Assembly (NCBI GenBank): GCA_031255715.1
Contig: JAIRRZ010000009.1
Location: forward strand, 1-56,252
DNA length: 56,252 nucleotides
DNA from: Puniceicoccales bacterium
GTDB lineage: Bacteria; Verrucomicrobiota; Verrucomicrobiia; Opitutales; LL51
Reading direction: 5' to 3'
This document shows, piece after piece, positions 48,795 to 56,252 of the stretch; positions within the stretch are counted from its first letter, which is position 1, and each line of letters starts with the position of its first letter. Under the pieces are notes generated by a model. It was not told the origin of the DNA and did no database searches. It saw only the letters and a list, made by a program, of their open reading frames with translations. The position numbers and the translations under genes were made by a program.

Positions 48795-50504
48795 TCATAA
48801 TTCTACTCTTTCCTTATCAGGCGGAAAGTTTACCGTTCCCTCCCTCCCATGAGGGAACTCGATGTTCAATTTTTCCTCAGCAATTCCTAGTGCCGTTTCA
48901 GGAGTAACCGTGATTGTCCCATCGGATAATTTTTCAATCGCAGTCTCTTCCATTTTTAATGGAATAACCAACTGTCCTGTGCTGGAAAGCTCTATGACTT
49001 CCTCTAATTCCGATTGGACAATATCGCCATCGCCCATCGCACCTTTCATAGGGATTAGCTTAGGATTTAAATACAGCTCACCATTTTCATACAAAACAAC
49101 ATATCCTTCCCTGATAAGCCAATCCAACATTCCTAGAATTTCTGTTTCTGATAAGTGATTTGCTTCGATGTAATCCTTTTTGAGCATCATTAAATCAGCT
49201 TTTGCTAATGGTTCTAAAAATGAAATAAGCGACTGGATACCCGACTCAAACACATCACTTTCCCTACGGAATTTGCGTTTCACCGCACAGACATAGGAAA
49301 TGCCACTTTTCCCCCTACGGTAAATGCCAAAGTCAACACGGCGAAAACGATTGCGTAAATTATTTGCCGTATCAAGAGGAAACTGGCGCTGGCGTTGCAG
49401 AATAAATTGTATCTCACGTGCAATGCTAGAGGGAGGCATCGACGTGCTATTTACACCGGCAATGCGAACGGTTGTCACTTCCCGTAAAATGCGATCTTTG
49501 TAATATTTTAATAAATAATTTTTCACGCCATCCAGCGAACTTAGAGGCTCAAAATCGGTTATCGTTTCATCAATGACCTTCGGCGTATAGGTCACTTTGT
49601 GACTCATCTGTTGAAGCCAATTTTGAATATCTGCCTCATCCTTAGTCGTCTCGATTTTCGCAACAAAACGCTCAAAGGGCATTGAATAAATTTCCGCATT
49701 AAAATGATCGCGTAAAATGTTCCGATACCTGTGATAGTTAGGAGCAGATAGTAATTTTTTCGTCAACCCACAGCGATGGACACAGGTAAAGCGTCCTTTG
49801 GGTGGCTCCATTACTTCCTCATGCACATCAAAAAATTCATCCACATGATGATGAATCATATGGGCCATGGCCTCACGTTCCGACTCGAATACAAGATCAT
49901 CCAACAATGACAAATAAAGAGGAGCAACGACACCTTCGGCATTTGGTCTACGACGAATGGTAACGACATAGCGTTCGGGTTTCTGTAAAATTAATTTCGC
50001 AACAGTAAATAACTCATAGGTTTTACAATTTTTACGCATTTCCTCTACAAGTAAATCGAACGGTTTGTCTTCTGGATAAAATTGGATGTCAAATGGAGGA
50101 GAAAATACTCGATGCTCGCGATATTCCCGTGGACGAGGTCTAAAAGGCCGTCGCTCTTGGCTGTACTTTTCCAATTTATTCGGTCCAGTCTGTTCGAAAT
50201 GAGTATCATTGAACGACTTTGATTGCCGATCATCGGAACGTTCTTTATGGAAATAATGAGATTTGCGATCATTATTGAAATGGCGACTAGAAAAAACACG
50301 TTCTGTCTTCGGCGAATCCGTATCGCTCCAGCGCGTACCAAATGTCCAATTCGCCAAATCGTTAAGATCGGCTACAATGCTTGCGCCAGACACTGTTGAT
50401 CCATCTCCAATGGAAGCTACTACTGCTTCCGCCTGTTTATCGCATTCGGTTGGTACAAATACTTCTTCCCACTGGCTATCTTTAATTTCATCACTTACAT
50501 TCAT
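48795..50504 (-). CDS. Large hypothetical protein with basic low-complexity N-terminal region
   Basis: Clean 569-aa ORF. Residues ~70-130 are Arg/Lys/Ser/Asp/His-rich (RKSHYFHKERSDDRQSK.., RRPFRPRPREYREHR). The remainder looks globular, and I recognise no family. Confidence 0.6.
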   Translation of the reverse strand: MNVSDEIKDSQWEEVFVPTECDKQAEAVVASIGDGSTVSGASIVADLNDLANWTFGTRWSDTDSPKTERVFSSRHFNNDRKSHYFHKERSDDRQSKSFNDTHFEQTGPNKLEKYSQERRPFRPRPREYREHRVFSPPFDIQFYPEDKPFDLLVEEMRKNCKTYELFTVAKLILQKPERYVVTIRRRPNAEGVVAPLYLSLLDDLVFESEREAMAHMIHHHVDEFFDVHEEVMEPPKGRFTCVHRCGLTKKLLSAPNYHRYRNILRDHFNAEIYSMPFERFVAKIETTKDEADIQNWLQQMSHKVTYTPKVIDETITDFEPLSSLDGVKNYLLKYYKDRILREVTTVRIAGVNSTSMPPSSIAREIQFILQRQRQFPLDTANNLRNRFRRVDFGIYRRGKSGISYVCAVKRKFRRESDVFESGIQSLISFLEPLAKADLMMLKKDYIEANHLSETEILGMLDWLIREGYVVLYENGELYLNPKLIPMKGAMGDGDIVQSELEEVIELSSTGQLVIPLKMEETAIEKLSDGTITVTPETALGIAEEKLNIEFPHGREGTVNFPPDKERVEL

Positions 50505-50742
50505 TTTGATGCCCTTGCTCCAAAATTCTTATTGAATGACACTATACTTTAAATTTTTAACAATAACTCAATCTTTTTCGTATCGTATGGGCAGTAAATT
50601 TTGTTATAAATGGCAAAATATTTCGTAAATTATTTTGCCTTGCAAAAATATCTATCAGAATCAATTCCTATTTCCCACTTACTTTTTATTTGAATAATAA
50701 AGATTTACATATTCAATTTTATGTTGATATTTATTGAGTAAT

Positions 50743-51582
50743 ATGTCCAAATGTTTTCTCATCGATGGCCTAAATCTTATCTTCCGGTGTTTCTATGGCA
50801 TTCCGCTTTTGAATACGCAAAATTTTCCGACAAACGCCATTTTTGGCGCCATCAAAACTTTAACAAAAATTATCAATTTAGAGCATCCATCGTGTGTAGT
50901 TGTTTTTTTCGATAAAGGTCGCGATCCCATTCGCCAAGCCCTATTTCCTGAATATAAAGCCAATCGCATTGAAATCCCCGATCCGGTAAAAGTGCAAATT
51001 CCCGCTGTAAGAGAATTTGCCTATGCTATGGGCTGTTCCATCATCGAGCGATCGGGTATCGAAGCGGATGATCTGATCGCCTCATTTGCAAAAAAATACC
51101 AGAAACAATTTGATGAAATTTTCATTTTTAGCACGGATAAAGATTTCGCACAATGTATTATGGGAAATATTTACCAAATTATTCCTGGAACGAACAAAAA
51201 TTCCCTAGGAACCCGCATTGATATCTCAGGTGTTATGGAAAAATTTGGTGTATTACCGGAACAAATTGTCGACTATCTTGCTCTCATCGGCGACCAGGCA
51301 GACAATATTTCTGGAATCTATGGCGTGGGGCCTAAAACTGCCAATATTTGGCTGCAAGAGTATGGAAATATTGACCATATTTTAGCAAATGCGAACCACA
51401 TAAAACCAGAGCGCTTCCGAACATTACTCATAGAGAGCGAAGGAATACTACAACGAAATCGGCAACTCATTACACTTAATCAAAACATCGAAGACATTTA
51501 TCTGGAACAAAACAAACCCGACGATCAAGCATACAATGATTTATTAAATTTTTACCAACTTAATTCTTTACCAAAAAAATAA
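50743..51582 (+). CDS. Stand-alone 5'-3' exonuclease (Pol I N-terminal / FEN-like domain)
   Basis: CFLIDGLNLIFRCFY, FDKGRD..R...FPEYKANR, GIEADDLIAS, STDKDFAQC, ALIGDQADNISGIYGVGPKTA. No polymerase domain follows. Confidence 0.88.
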   Translation: MSKCFLIDGLNLIFRCFYGIPLLNTQNFPTNAIFGAIKTLTKIINLEHPSCVVVFFDKGRDPIRQALFPEYKANRIEIPDPVKVQIPAVREFAYAMGCSIIERSGIEADDLIASFAKKYQKQFDEIFIFSTDKDFAQCIMGNIYQIIPGTNKNSLGTRIDISGVMEKFGVLPEQIVDYLALIGDQADNISGIYGVGPKTANIWLQEYGNIDHILANANHIKPERFRTLLIESEGILQRNRQLITLNQNIEDIYLEQNKPDDQAYNDLLNFYQLNSLPKK

Positions 51583-51743
51583 TCCCAACGGCAATATAGC
51601 TAAGATACCTTCCTTGAGACATAGAAAATTTTTTCATTTTTTCATAAAAATGCCCGGATTATTGTTTCCCCATGGTTGACTTTTTTTATTGCACAAATCT
51701 AAAAGAAATGCAAAGTCCGTCCCCAAGAATTTGTTTATTGTTT

Positions 51744-52931
51744 ATGTCGGATCAATTAAGTGGTAATGTTTTAGTGGTTCAATCAGGGTGTGCTTCTTCG
51801 GTATCCAATGCCATACTGAGTGGCGTAATTTCTGGAGCCCTTAACTATGAGAATATCGAAGAAATTTACGGTTCACTGGATGGATTCTGCGGTATTTTCA
51901 ACGATGATCTGATTGATCTTGCAGCCCAACCGCAACAGTCTGTCCGCAACCTTTTATTTTTACCTGGAGCTGCTTTGGGTGCATTCCATTGGGTTGAACG
52001 TTCCAAAGAGGAAATCGAAACACTTTTTGCTGCATTTAAAAAGCACAACATTCGTTTTTTATTCATTATTGGCGACATGGAAGCACAATCGATCGCTCTA
52101 GAACTATCGCAAACCGTACAGGAACATCCCCACAAAATCAATATTATTTTCATTCCCGAGACAATTAACAATCATTTTCCAATTACCGACCATTGCCTCG
52201 GCTATGGCAGTGCGAGTAAGTTGATTGCAACTATCGTCTGCGAAATATCCGCATACGCTTCGGCCATTGCCAATCATGATCTGATCAATATTATAGAAAT
52301 TACAACCAATGGCTCCGATTGGTTAATTGCCAGTTCCATGCTCGCCCAATTATGTAATGGCAATAGTCACGCACCACACATCCTGCTTTTTCCTTCCAAG
52401 GAGTTTTCCGAAGAAAAATTTTTAAAGGATGTACAAAATGTTCTTAAATCAGAAAGTCATTGCATTATCGTAACCGGTGAATCTTTAGTCAATGAATCAG
52501 GAAACTATATTACGCATAAATCAATGGAGGCTGCTGAAAAACTAAAAATGATCATAGAGGAGTCCCTGGAAGTGCGTGTTTTAGTGACAAAATTAGGATC
52601 CTTACAATACGCATCTACCCATTGTTTATCCAAAGTAGACGTTGATGAGGCCTACGAATCCGGTGTAAAAGCAGTTGACTTTATTATGGACGGAATCAAC
52701 GGCAAAATGATGACGATTTTACGTTCCGAAACCAATCGCTACGGCGTTGAATATGGCATTGTTGATTTAGAAAACGTTCTCAACCATAAAAAAACATTCC
52801 CGGAACATTGGGTTAACGAAGACGGAACTTTGAACAATAATTTTATTAAATATGCTCAACCGCTAATACAAGGGACTATTGCCGTTACCAACGACAATGG
52901 ATTACCACGGTTTTCACCGTTGAAAAAATAG
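51744..52931 (+). CDS. Phosphofructokinase-family protein with all catalytic motifs degenerate (probable pseudoenzyme)
   Basis: Colinear with PFK, but SGGDAPGMN -> SGCASSVSN, GGDGS -> GDMEA, PGTIDND -> PETINNH, MGR -> TNG, GHIQRGG -> GSLQYAS. Start set at ATG 51744. Confidence 0.7.
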   Translation: MSDQLSGNVLVVQSGCASSVSNAILSGVISGALNYENIEEIYGSLDGFCGIFNDDLIDLAAQPQQSVRNLLFLPGAALGAFHWVERSKEEIETLFAAFKKHNIRFLFIIGDMEAQSIALELSQTVQEHPHKINIIFIPETINNHFPITDHCLGYGSASKLIATIVCEISAYASAIANHDLINIIEITTNGSDWLIASSMLAQLCNGNSHAPHILLFPSKEFSEEKFLKDVQNVLKSESHCIIVTGESLVNESGNYITHKSMEAAEKLKMIIEESLEVRVLVTKLGSLQYASTHCLSKVDVDEAYESGVKAVDFIMDGINGKMMTILRSETNRYGVEYGIVDLENVLNHKKTFPEHWVNEDGTLNNNFIKYAQPLIQGTIAVTNDNGLPRFSPLKK

Positions 52932-52986
52932 TATTTTCAATACATATGGCAAAGGAATGTTGAAGTGAGCAAAAATGACAATTTCG

Positions 52987-53076
<90 letters not shown>

Positions 53077-53186
53077 AAGGAATTTCTTACAACGGCAGCA
53101 GCTTCATCTTTATGTTATTAAAAAAAACATCTAAGACTGCTTGCTCTACACCATACGTGCTAATTACGTGTTAATTCTCTTTCAAC

Positions 53187-53807
53187 ATGGCGTTGTACAT
53201 CATTAATCATCCCGTTACAGAACATGTTTTAACCTATCTACGGGATTGGAAAACAACACAGGCAGAATATCACACACTTTGTCGAAGAATTGGAATGATT
53301 CTTTTTACGAAAGCATTTGAAAATCTGGCACTGGAATCGACAACCGTAACCACACCGCTCTGCAATTGTAAGGGCAAAACTTTGGCAAATGATGTCGTTT
53401 TGATTCCGATTCTACGTGCTGGTTTTGCGCTACTCTCTCCTGCGCTGGAACTGCTACCGGAAGCGATGGTAGGCTATTTCGGCCTCCAACGCGACGAAGA
53501 AACAGCTCAGGTTGAATGTTATTACCAAAAATTGCCACCCATAACCGATATGGATGTTTTCATTTTAGATCCTATGTTAGCAACGGGTAATTCTGCACAT
53601 TTTTCCATTCAAATGCTACGAAATCTTCAGCCCAAATCAATTAATTTTGTTTCAATTCTTGGAGCACCGGAAGGAATTCGACGGATCATGGATGAATTTC
53701 CATTAGTAAATATTTTCACAATCGCGGTGGATAAAGAACTCAATGAAAAAAATTTTATTGTTCCCGGCCTAGGCGACTTCGGCGATCGCTTCCATGGAAC
53801 ACTGTAA
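53187..53807 (+). CDS. upp: Uracil phosphoribosyltransferase
   Basis: HPVTEHVLTYLRD, ILRAGFALL, PRPP motif VFILDPMLATGNS, VPGLGDFGDRFHGT. Confidence 0.92.
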   Translation: MALYIINHPVTEHVLTYLRDWKTTQAEYHTLCRRIGMILFTKAFENLALESTTVTTPLCNCKGKTLANDVVLIPILRAGFALLSPALELLPEAMVGYFGLQRDEETAQVECYYQKLPPITDMDVFILDPMLATGNSAHFSIQMLRNLQPKSINFVSILGAPEGIRRIMDEFPLVNIFTIAVDKELNEKNFIVPGLGDFGDRFHGTL

Positions 53808-53881
53808 ATGAACGATCTTTAAATTTCCGAAATGTCGTCAAAAATTCATCAAAAAAATACTTTTTGAGCAAAAATTGTTTA

Positions 53882-53912
53882 ATGACGGTATAGTTTTATA
53901 CTGTCATTTTTT
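53882..53912 (+). terminator. Rho-independent terminator after upp
   Basis: 11-bp stem atgacggtata / tatactgtcat (one G-U), loop gttt, followed by ttttt. Lies 75 nt after the upp stop. Confidence 0.6.
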
Positions 53913-54074
53913 CATGATTAATTCATTTACGAAATATTTAGAAATCCAGATGTTAAAAAATATTTAATGTCGAATGTACAAAACCCGCAAAGGAGCGTTT
54001 TGATTTTTTATTGAAAGCGTCTCTATTTTTCATTTAAGGCTTAGTGATATGTACCACTATGTTACAATCCTACT

Positions 54075-55982
54075 GTGAAGCAGATTCATTTCCAGCAAAA
54101 TAACCGAAGAATTGCCATTTTAGGAATTTTTTTCCTGTTGGTGTTTCTGTTTTTAGCCTGTGGATTATTTTACCGACAGATTATTCAATATGATTATTTT
54201 TGCCAAAAGGAAAAGCGTCAAAACCAACGACGTATCATTCTTCCTGCTCCTCGCGGTGATATCTACGACCGTAATGGGAACTTGCTTGTCTGTAATAAAC
54301 CTTCCTTTGATTTGCAGCTCTATTTTGATGACATTCGCATTGAAGTCCGCCGAGAATACGCACGTTTGCTAAAAGAATTGCGCACGGAAAAAAAAACAAT
54401 CAACTGTAATTTACTACAAAAACAGGCACGGCAAAATATCGTCGAAAAATATCTCAAAGTAGCCAATACGATCACTGGTCGCAACGTTACCCTCGATACA
54501 AAATCCTTGGAACGGCACTACCGTGAATCGCTTCTTCTTCCCATTACAATTTTATCGGACCTCTCCAGCAAAGAATATATTCGCCTCGTCGACTATTTAC
54601 CTTCCTCATCTCCACTCTATATCGCCACAAATTATTATCGATTTTATCCCTACCAATCGGCAGCATGCCACGTACTAGGCTATGTTGGTTCTGCCATCGA
54701 AACATCCCATGCCAGCTCTTTGAAAACTTTTCAATTCATCGGAAAAACAGGCAAGGCGGGCATTGAACTTTCACAAAATCAAGTTCTGTCCGGCAGCTGC
54801 GGAGAACAAATTTTTTCTGTTGATCCCTCCGGGTTCCGTGCCGAATGTATCCAGGAAAAATACCCTCAAAAAGGCCATGATTGTACTTTAAGCATTGATA
54901 TTAATTTGCAAATAGCCGTAGAACGTGCCCTTGAAAACAAATTTGGTAGTGCCATCGTCCTCGATGTTTATTCCGGTGAAATTCTTGCCATGGCAAGTAA
55001 ACCAGACTACGATGTTAACCTTTTGAATCCCAAAATTACCTCGGAAATTTACAAAAAAATTACAAACAGTGGAGCCTGGCTCAATCGCGCTTTCCAAGGT
55101 GTTTACCCGCCTGCTTCCACATTTAAAATTATTTCAACAATCGCATTTCTACGCCACGGAATATCCTCCTGGGATCGAACCGATAGCATCGAATGTTCCG
55201 GAAAAACAAAAATCGGTACTCGCACTTTTAACTGTGACCACTCCACAGCTCACGGTACCGTATCCCTCCAATCTGCCATTGAAAAAAGTTGTAATGTTTA
55301 CTTTTATCTTCGGAGTCAAATTTGTGGTATCGAAAAAATCGCTGAAGAAGCAAAACATTTCCATCTTGACCAAAAAACGAATATCGAACTTCCTTTTGAA
55401 ACAAATCGTATGACAATTCCTTCTCCTGCTTGGAAAGAAAAAAAAGGCTACGGCAAATGGTTTCCCGGTGATACAGCAAATACATCTATCGGTCAGGGAT
55501 ACGTACTCGTTTCCCCGCTACAAATGGCCTGTTTTACAGCAAGTCTTGCCAAAAATCGCACACAAACTATTCCACATATTTTGCATGACCCGCGACATAG
55601 TCAAAATAATGCAAAAAAGATTGACCTTTCATCCGATAATTATGAAAAACTTTTACAAACACTTCAACGGGTAATCGACTCAGGAACAGGACGTTCAGCC
55701 AGTCTGAATCATGTAACACTAGCGGGTAAAAGTGGTACGGCACAGGTTTGGGAACACGGAAAAAAACGAAATGTGGCGTGGTTTATCGGATTTGCCCCCG
55801 TTGAAAATCCCAAAATTGCTATCGCTATCGCCATCCAGGAACAATCAAAATACGACAATTATTACGGCGGGAAAACAGCTGCTCCCATTGCTCGTCAAAT
55901 TCTAAACTTTTATTTTGAAGAAGAGAAATTGACCAGAGGGCTCCGCCCTCTGGACTCCCGCAAGGAGTCACAAACTCCTTGA
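54075..55982 (+). CDS. mrdA: Penicillin-binding protein 2 (elongation transpeptidase); C-terminal ~16 codons and stop lie in a repeat element
   Basis: GTG start, N-terminal TM, PRGDIYDRNGNLLV, active-site ASTFK, SCN (EKSCNVYF), KSGTAQ. The tail ..RGLRPLDSRKESQTP* is encoded by modules P6-P7. Confidence 0.9.
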   Translation: MKQIHFQQNNRRIAILGIFFLLVFLFLACGLFYRQIIQYDYFCQKEKRQNQRRIILPAPRGDIYDRNGNLLVCNKPSFDLQLYFDDIRIEVRREYARLLKELRTEKKTINCNLLQKQARQNIVEKYLKVANTITGRNVTLDTKSLERHYRESLLLPITILSDLSSKEYIRLVDYLPSSSPLYIATNYYRFYPYQSAACHVLGYVGSAIETSHASSLKTFQFIGKTGKAGIELSQNQVLSGSCGEQIFSVDPSGFRAECIQEKYPQKGHDCTLSIDINLQIAVERALENKFGSAIVLDVYSGEILAMASKPDYDVNLLNPKITSEIYKKITNSGAWLNRAFQGVYPPASTFKIISTIAFLRHGISSWDRTDSIECSGKTKIGTRTFNCDHSTAHGTVSLQSAIEKSCNVYFYLRSQICGIEKIAEEAKHFHLDQKTNIELPFETNRMTIPSPAWKEKKGYGKWFPGDTANTSIGQGYVLVSPLQMACFTASLAKNRTQTIPHILHDPRHSQNNAKKIDLSSDNYEKLLQTLQRVIDSGTGRSASLNHVTLAGKSGTAQVWEHGKKRNVAWFIGFAPVENPKIAIAIAIQEQSKYDNYYGGKTAAPIARQILNFYFEEEKLTRGLRPLDSRKESQTP

Positions 55983-56252
55983 CCTCGATACGCGGCCAAA
56001 ACATGCGAAACTTCGCATGGTTTGGCCGCACAGGTCTTTTTTTAATTAAAATTGTTTTTAATTAAAAATATTAAAGCCCCGCCCGCGGCGAAGCCGCGGG
56101 CAGGGGTCTTAGGACCCCCAGTCGTCCGGCACCACGGGCGCAATCCCGGTCCAGGGGATGGATCCCCTGGCGAGGATTCTAAGGGCGCGCAGCCCTTAGG
56201 GACCCGCGGGCGCCCCCCGCAGGCCGCCCGCCCGGCTGCACGGACGCCATGA
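55934..56252. repeat. GC-rich composite palindromic element, locus E (P6-P7-P1 / AT linker / P2-halfP3-P4-P5 + further GC-rich sequence to window end)
   Basis: cagagggc-tcc-gccctctg (55934-55952), caaggagt-cacaa-actccttg (55961-55981), ggccaaaacatgcgaa-ac-ttcgcatggtttggcc (55994-56027), P2 (56077-56106), P4 (56151-56170), P5 (56179-56199). Confidence 0.9.

Noticed and set aside
55994-56043. P1 hairpin as a canonical rho-independent terminator
   Set aside because: The stem is strong, but 7-9 nt (acaggtc) separate it from the T run. The copy at 11997-12030 has no T run, and at 19740-19774 the T run is on the non-transcribed side. It is kept only as a possibility in the mrdA finding.

Overview
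This is an AT-rich bacterial chromosomal segment with Gram-negative-type content (lipid A genes, pseudopilins, SecDF, PBP2). I cannot place the organism from the sequence alone.

Most of the window is housekeeping genes:
- Replication and DNA handling: dnaA with a candidate oriC upstream, dnaE, topB, gyrB, recJ, radC, a family-4 UDG, yraN and a stand-alone 5'-3' exonuclease.
- Envelope and secretion: lpxA, a fused lpxC/fabZ, mrdA, lepB and secDF.
- Metabolism and other: atpA, ndk, sufU, an M24 peptidase, truA, a lactate permease, an rlmD-like methyltransferase, a HIT protein, glgA, a PFK-like protein and upp.
- RNA genes: tRNA-Leu(CAG) and tRNA-Ser(GGA).

I saw no rRNA, CRISPR array, transposase or integrase ORF.

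The most unusual signal is a family of almost pure G/C hairpin modules, which I name P1-P8. They are combined in different orders at six loci: 1-206, 11737-12069, 16482-16666, 19655-19784 and 55934-56252, the last of which contains two units.
- One locus lies in frame inside dnaE, within a ~165-codon insertion.
- Another supplies the last ~16 codons and the stop codon of mrdA.
- This resembles REP/BIME mosaics or Rickettsia palindromic elements. From the sequence alone it looks like a distinct family.

Secondary signals point to a reduced or host-associated genome:
- secDF is frameshifted.
- A secreted-protein gene is broken at a poly(A) tract.
- atpA, an ABC substrate-binding protein and an oppB-like permease are each orphaned from their usual partners.
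- A PFK homologue has lost every catalytic motif.
- A ThyX-fold-like protein lacks the ThyX signature.
- An islet of secreted ORFans lies at 2.2-5.5 kb.

All family assignments come from motif recognition by eye. No searches were run.
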